NCBI GenBank assembly: GCA_016839555.1
Contig: JAEOUA010000011.1
Coordinates: forward strand, 64,001-128,000
Length of the DNA: 64,000 nucleotides
Source: Promethearchaeota archaeon
Lineage (GTDB): Archaea; Asgardarchaeota; Lokiarchaeia; Sigyniarchaeales; SOKP01
Direction of reading: 5' to 3'
Each line of letters opens with the position of its first letter. The first letter of the stretch is position 1. Below the pieces are notes generated by a model that had not been told where the DNA came from, did no database searches, and worked only from the letters and a program-made list of their open reading frames with translations. The position numbers and the translations under genes are program-made. Positions 59,381 through 64,000 of the stretch are shown here, one piece after another.

Positions 59381-59773
59381 ATGGAATCAGAAAATAACGC
59401 AATATTAAGTTTATTTTTCGATTTATTAGAAAGAACCATTTTAAATGTGGACCAATTGAAAAAATTAAAACAAATTAGTAAAGAGTTTGGAATCCAAGAA
59501 GATAGAATTTCAGAATTTATGGAATATTTTATAACTTATTTACTAGATGTCTTAGAGAAACAAAAAAAAAGATTACCAAAATTTATTTATAGGTTATTTA
59601 TCTCTCAATCCTCAAATTATTACTCAAATCAAAATCAAAATATTAATGAAAGAAATTCAGAAGAAAAAAATTCAAAAATTAAAGAACTTGAGGGTTCATT
59701 AATACAGAGAGATGAACTTTTAGAAAAAATAGCACAGCGCCTTGACATCATCCGCAAAAAAATAGCAGACTAA
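59381..59773 (+). CDS. Hypothetical coiled-coil protein, last gene of the operon
   Basis: GGTGA SD overlapping the upstream stop; helical C-terminus. Confidence 0.65.
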   Translation: MESENNAILSLFFDLLERTILNVDQLKKLKQISKEFGIQEDRISEFMEYFITYLLDVLEKQKKRLPKFIYRLFISQSSNYYSNQNQNINERNSEEKNSKIKELEGSLIQRDELLEKIAQRLDIIRKKIAD

Positions 59774-59841
59774 GAAGAAAATAAGCAGAAAATAGAATAC
59801 TTTACTTACAACCACTTCAAAAGGGAGAAGTAAAGAAGATT

Positions 59842-59863
59842 TCTACTTTATATATAAAGTAGA
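59842..59863. repeat. Perfect 22-bp palindrome TCTACTTTATATATAAAGTAGA
   Basis: Sequence equals its own reverse complement. Confidence 0.85.
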
Positions 59864-60295
59864 TCACCAAAAGACAAAAATCCAGGGATTTAAGTAAAGT
59901 TTCTATTCCCTAGGGTCTTTATTTATGACCCCCATCTTACTTTATTTTAAGGTCATATTTAAATCTAAGGGTTTTAGATTCTTAATATAAAAATTAAAAA
60001 TAGATATCTAATGCGAAAAAGGTTATATGAACAAGAAAATTAAAAAACATTTCAATTTATTATCTCTTGAATGAGAATTTCAAATTGTCTCTTTTTATTT
60101 GAAAAATCACTATAATTCTTTTCAATTTGAACTATTTAACAATTTTTGGACTATAAAAATATTTTTAACTATGATTATCTTATATTGTTAAAATAGATCG
60201 ATAATTGTTAAATTTTTAAATTTATTTCATTATATTAATTATAAGATATTAATAAAAAATATAGAGATTTTTTGATTTCAAAAGGGTGATTTAAG

Positions 60296-60943
60296 ATAGG
60301 ACTTAAAGATAAGCTCTTCCCGAAAAAAAACCGTGATAAGGACGTTACTATAACGAAAGCCAAAACACATATCAGGAAATTAGCTCTTTCCAATAAAAAT
60401 TATAGCCAGCGAGCTGAAATTAGTAGAAAGAATGCGAAAATTGCATTAAAGCGCGGTGAAAAAGATAGAGCGAAGAATTATCTTATTCAATATAAAAATT
60501 ATCAGAGAAAAATGGATAGAGCCAATAAAATCAGAACAAGAATAGAGAGACAAATTCAAGCAATCGAGGAGGGACAGTTAGTCGCAGATACCGGTAATTT
60601 AATGGGTGGGATGAGGGATCAACTAAAAGGAATTGCTACAAAGGCATCTCCTACTGAGGCTGCTGAGATAGCTGAAGATTCTGAATTGTATGTAACTGAA
60701 ATAGAGGAGGCTGCAGATATTTTAGCTGGTGATCCAGAGATTGATTTGGCAATTTCAATAGACGATGAATTGGAGAAATTAGAATCAGAAATGTTGTTAG
60801 AGCAAGGTGGAGAAATGCCTGAAGTGCCTGCCGATGATTTGCAATACATTTCTGACGTGCCTCTTGAAGAATTACCTCAAGAGGATTCCAAAGACAAACT
60901 TGAAGAAGAAATAAAAAAGCTTCGCGAAGAATTGGAAAAATAA
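60296..60943 (+). CDS. ESCRT-III / Snf7-family protein
   Basis: Open frame from ATA 60296: (M)GLKDKLFPKK...AKIALKRGEKDRAKNYLIQYK...IDDELEKLESEM...MPEVP...LEEEIKKLREELEK. The track ORF (60512) lacks the first 72 codons. Confidence 0.85.
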   Translation: MGLKDKLFPKKNRDKDVTITKAKTHIRKLALSNKNYSQRAEISRKNAKIALKRGEKDRAKNYLIQYKNYQRKMDRANKIRTRIERQIQAIEEGQLVADTGNLMGGMRDQLKGIATKASPTEAAEIAEDSELYVTEIEEAADILAGDPEIDLAISIDDELEKLESEMLLEQGGEMPEVPADDLQYISDVPLEELPQEDSKDKLEEEIKKLREELEK

Positions 60944-60951
60944 TTTAATCT

Positions 60952-61983
60952 TCATTTTTTCACTGAATTTATTGCGGATACCATATTTTTTAATTTTCTG
61001 AATGCGATTTGATAACCAAATTCTTCTTTTTCAAAAAGCTGTCTAATTGAACCAAATCCACAATCCGGTTTTACAAACAAGTTTTTTTGACCGTATAAAT
61101 CAATCGCCTTCTTGATGCTATTTATAATTTCAGGGACCTTTTCAACATAATCCTCAATTTTACCGTTTTGTATTGGTTGTAATTTAGTTTTCACCGCACC
61201 GAATGCCAAAAATTTATCTTCTTGCATAAAATGCTCTTTTTGGAAAATATCATAGTTTTTAGGATTTGTTTGGAATTCGTGATCTAACACATTTACTTCT
61301 GTTTGTAATAATATATCTCGTAATTTCGGGCTTATTTGACCACATACATGAACTGAAGATAATTCTTTAATACCCGAAATCGCTTTATTTAAGGTTTTGA
61401 TAATAAAATCTTCAGAATGAAACATGACGCGTTTTCCAATCAGAAGACTCAAGATAGGTTCATCCATAGAGATAAGATTTATTCCCATATCACTATAAGC
61501 TTTCCCGATCTGCTTCATGATTTCTGCAAATTTATCTACAATCCAATCAACCATAATTGCTTTAGGTTCATTAAAAATAATGGGTTTTATCCCTTTAGCA
61601 AGGGTTTCTTTTAAAATAATTTCACTTGCTAGGGTAAATGGTCCTGTTAAACAAGCTTTTAATCCTTTAATTTTTTTTTCAAGATTTGGATGGGTATTCA
61701 TGAAATTCACTAGAAATTTTCCATATTGTAAAGCTACAGGTCGAGTAGGAATTTCAAAATCATTAAATAGATAAAAATTATTATTCTCTTGAACAAGCTC
61801 GGGAATTTCCTTACTTAACGGCGATAAAAATTGCGATATCATATCAATGAGTTGACCATAGCAGACATAATCAATCCCTATATTGATTTGGTCATTAATT
61901 GTTCGTGCGAGATTTTCGTCCGTATTTTCAAGCGGAAACGAGCCAACTACAGTAGAATAGAGCCCATTATCTTTTAAATCCAT
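60952..61983 (-). CDS. Cobalamin-independent methionine synthase (MetE catalytic-domain-only, archaeal type)
   Basis: STVVGSFP, GQ, TGPFTLA, MDEP, HVCG, HEF, PDCGF zinc ligands. Confidence 0.85.
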   Translation of the reverse strand: MDLKDNGLYSTVVGSFPLENTDENLARTINDQINIGIDYVCYGQLIDMISQFLSPLSKEIPELVQENNNFYLFNDFEIPTRPVALQYGKFLVNFMNTHPNLEKKIKGLKACLTGPFTLASEIILKETLAKGIKPIIFNEPKAIMVDWIVDKFAEIMKQIGKAYSDMGINLISMDEPILSLLIGKRVMFHSEDFIIKTLNKAISGIKELSSVHVCGQISPKLRDILLQTEVNVLDHEFQTNPKNYDIFQKEHFMQEDKFLAFGAVKTKLQPIQNGKIEDYVEKVPEIINSIKKAIDLYGQKNLFVKPDCGFGSIRQLFEKEEFGYQIAFRKLKNMVSAINSVKK

Positions 61984-62092
61984 ATAATGTATAAGATTAA
62001 AAAAAATTTAAATTTATAAGGTTTAATAAAATTGTAATAAAATAAAAATATTTTACCCTTTATAAGAAATTAAAAAGATAGAAAGTATTAGA

Positions 62093-64000
62093 TTACCATC
62101 GAAATTCTTCTTTTAAACGTAAATTCTTAATTTTAGTATTAACATTAAAAAGGTCTCTTTTTAGAGATAGATGACTTTTCATAAAATCCTTACGCGTTAT
62201 CTCTCCTTCATCGAATTTATTTTCAAATTTTTTCATTGTTTCTAAAATACTATACCGTTCTCCTTCAAGTTTATTATATTTTTCCTGTAAATCTTCAAGT
62301 TCTTTCTCATAAGAATTAAATTCAAAATCACTTCGGCCTTGATAATTGGATGGAAATCGTTCATTTTGAAAATATTCGGAGAAATGATTTCGATTATAAT
62401 CAGGAAAATCAGAATTTATATGGGGAGTATTGACCCATGACTGAGAAGATCTATTCAATGATCTAAAATTCATAAAATCATTAGCTGCTCTATTCACTTG
62501 GTTTAGAAAGGGCTGTCCATATTCTTTTTGAGCTTGCTCCAATTTTTTCATAAGGAAACTCTTTTCTTCCTTATTAGAATTGGGATTTTTATTATAATTG
62601 TGATATCTAGAAGGACAATTCTTGAATTGTTGAAGATCGAACCTATTTTCAAATCCTCCCTTATCATTATAATTATTAGAAGGAAAATAATTACAGGCAT
62701 TGGGATTATTTTGATAAAATGGAGGTTTATCATTAGAAGAGAAAAAATTTCTCTGATTATTAAAATTAGAATCAAAATGATTGGAATTTTGATAATTATT
62801 GTAATAATTAGGTGATATGTTAGAATCCCCATCATATGATTGAAATTGATTTATGTGTTGGGAATTTTGAATTTTTATTTGATTTTTTTCGCTATTTATA
62901 TTGCATCTTAAACTAAAAAAGGAATTTATACCTTCTTCAATGAAATTCTTCAAACTACTCAAATCAATATCTATATTGGTAAGCTTTTGCCAAGATTTTT
63001 TATCATAAATACTGGTTTCATCAAAATTTCTTGCTAATAAGATATATTCTATTACTCGTGAAATCGCATCATTAGGAAGAGTAAGCTCGTAATTGCCGTA
63101 AGCAAATTCAATATAGAGTTTTTTAAATAGTTTGCCAATTTCTTTAATTCGTATGATATCCTCGACAGGGGCTTTAAAAATGAGATTTTGTTTATTTTTT
63201 ATTACACCATATTCATGCACGAAAGAAAGGTCATAATTCGTAATAAATAACACTCCTTTTTGTCTCTGAAGAACTCCTTTATTAGTATGACTATTTGACA
63301 GTTTAGCATGAATCGCATAAATCGGTTTTTCATCCTCAGCTAAATTTATAAATCTCTTATATTCTAAGAAAAAATCTGTGATTTTATTTATAAATTTCAA
63401 ATTTTTTTTAATTGAATTAAGTTCTTCTTCAATTTTTTCAATTTTCTTTTCAATAAAAGATTCAATTGATTTATGACTCTCATGAAGATTATCTAATATA
63501 CCTTCAATAATTCTTACATTATCGTTAGGCTGTGAATAAATGTCAAAAAAATAATCTTTATTTAATGCTAAATGATGGAAATATATGTTTATTTTTTCTA
63601 GAAGAGTACTTTCAAGATATTCTAATAACTTAAATATGGAAACTAATTCGGATTCCATTTTAGGAAAATGGTAACATTTAATTGGAGGATCTCTGGCCTT
63701 TTTAATATTATCTCGTGTTAAATGTAGGGCATTAATAAGGTTTCTAAACGGCTTTATAAGCATACGTGTATTTTTGATCAATTCCAAAAATCTTTGTTCT
63801 AAATCCTCTTTTTTTTCAAAGATATTGACGATTCTATGAGAACTACATCTAGGACAAGATTTAATATTTTGATTTGTTTTAATTACATTTTCTGAACCAC
63901 ATTCTTCACATATTCGTTTATTTCCTGATTCCTCAATATTTTTAGAATTACATTCTTGACAAATAAAAGTCTCTACTTTCTCATTCGCTAAACAGTCAGA
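62093..64000 (-). CDS. Multi-domain protein (zinc ribbons, coiled coil, PH/GRAM-like domain, N-rich low-complexity region); 5' end is outside the window
   Basis: The frame is open to position 64000 and adds CQEC, CEEC and CPRC; GVLFITNYDLSF...PVEDI..I pattern. Confidence 0.75.
   Translation of the reverse strand, partial: SDCLANEKVETFICQECNSKNIEESGNKRICEECGSENVIKTNQNIKSCPRCSSHRIVNIFEKKEDLEQRFLELIKNTRMLIKPFRNLINALHLTRDNIKKARDPPIKCYHFPKMESELVSIFKLLEYLESTLLEKINIYFHHLALNKDYFFDIYSQPNDNVRIIEGILDNLHESHKSIESFIEKKIEKIEEELNSIKKNLKFINKITDFFLEYKRFINLAEDEKPIYAIHAKLSNSHTNKGVLQRQKGVLFITNYDLSFVHEYGVIKNKQNLIFKAPVEDIIRIKEIGKLFKKLYIEFAYGNYELTLPNDAISRVIEYILLARNFDETSIYDKKSWQKLTNIDIDLSSLKNFIEEGINSFFSLRCNINSEKNQIKIQNSQHINQFQSYDGDSNISPNYYNNYQNSNHFDSNFNNQRNFFSSNDKPPFYQNNPNACNYFPSNNYNDKGGFENRFDLQQFKNCPSRYHNYNKNPNSNKEEKSFLMKKLEQAQKEYGQPFLNQVNRAANDFMNFRSLNRSSQSWVNTPHINSDFPDYNRNHFSEYFQNERFPSNYQGRSDFEFNSYEKELEDLQEKYNKLEGERYSILETMKKFENKFDEGEITRKDFMKSHLSLKRDLFNVNTKIKNLRLKEEFRW

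Noticed and set aside
29751-59773. Interpretation as a provirus, integrated plasmid or known defence island
   Set aside because: No integrase, terminal repeats, tRNA attachment site, capsid, primase or relaxase was recognised, and the replication/repair genes are of cellular type. Not fully excluded, because many ORFs are unknown.
2298-62835. Many short ORFs in the track that overlap longer genes (e.g. 2298, 2905, 4518, 4968, 5636, 9046, 12311, 17173, 22111, 30238, 34304, 47181, 50005, 57866, 60619, 61517, 62528, 62548)
   Set aside because: They are antisense or alternate-frame shadows of well-supported genes and have no motifs of their own.
62400-62900. AAT/ATT-rich quasi-repeats suggesting a tandem repeat or CRISPR array
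   Set aside because: They are explained by the Asn-rich coding region on the minus strand; there is no constant repeat-spacer period.

Overview
Very AT-rich archaeal DNA, most consistent with an Asgard archaeon (Lokiarchaeia/Promethearchaeota-like). Support for that: an ESCRT-III/Snf7 gene, roadblock proteins, an MglA-type small GTPase, archaeal DHQ synthase II, TFB, RadA, Hef and Hel308, and GGTGA-type Shine-Dalgarno sites. Positions 1-20 kb are mostly metabolic or housekeeping genes (CspA, a broken MFS transporter, a nucleotide kinase, two URO-D-family enzymes, GH57, an MFS-SDR-CocE operon, an FGGY kinase plus DegT aminotransferase, aroB'). Positions ~20.4-59.8 kb are the notable part. They hold a set of divergent DNA recombination/repair genes (RPA, FEN1, RadA paralog, RadB-like, SWIM protein, nuclease-degenerate Hef, SWIM-containing Hel308), an atypical TFB, an MglA/roadblock pair, small pilin-like membrane proteins, surface proteins, and a five-gene membrane operon containing a very large HerA/VirB4-like protein with degenerate Walker motifs. 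About 19 genes or operons in this stretch have the same unusual upstream element: a T-tract directly before the TATA box (TTTTT(T)C-TTTAAATA) where a purine-rich BRE normally sits. My main hypothesis, which is inference, is a dedicated alternative-TFB regulon for cell contact, DNA exchange and recombination, analogous to the Sulfolobales TFB3/Ced system. Two genes (ESCRT-III and the FGGY kinase) appear to need non-canonical ATA/ATC start codons. No rRNA, tRNA, CRISPR array, integrase or transposase was recognised. All family calls come from reading motifs by eye; no database searches were run.
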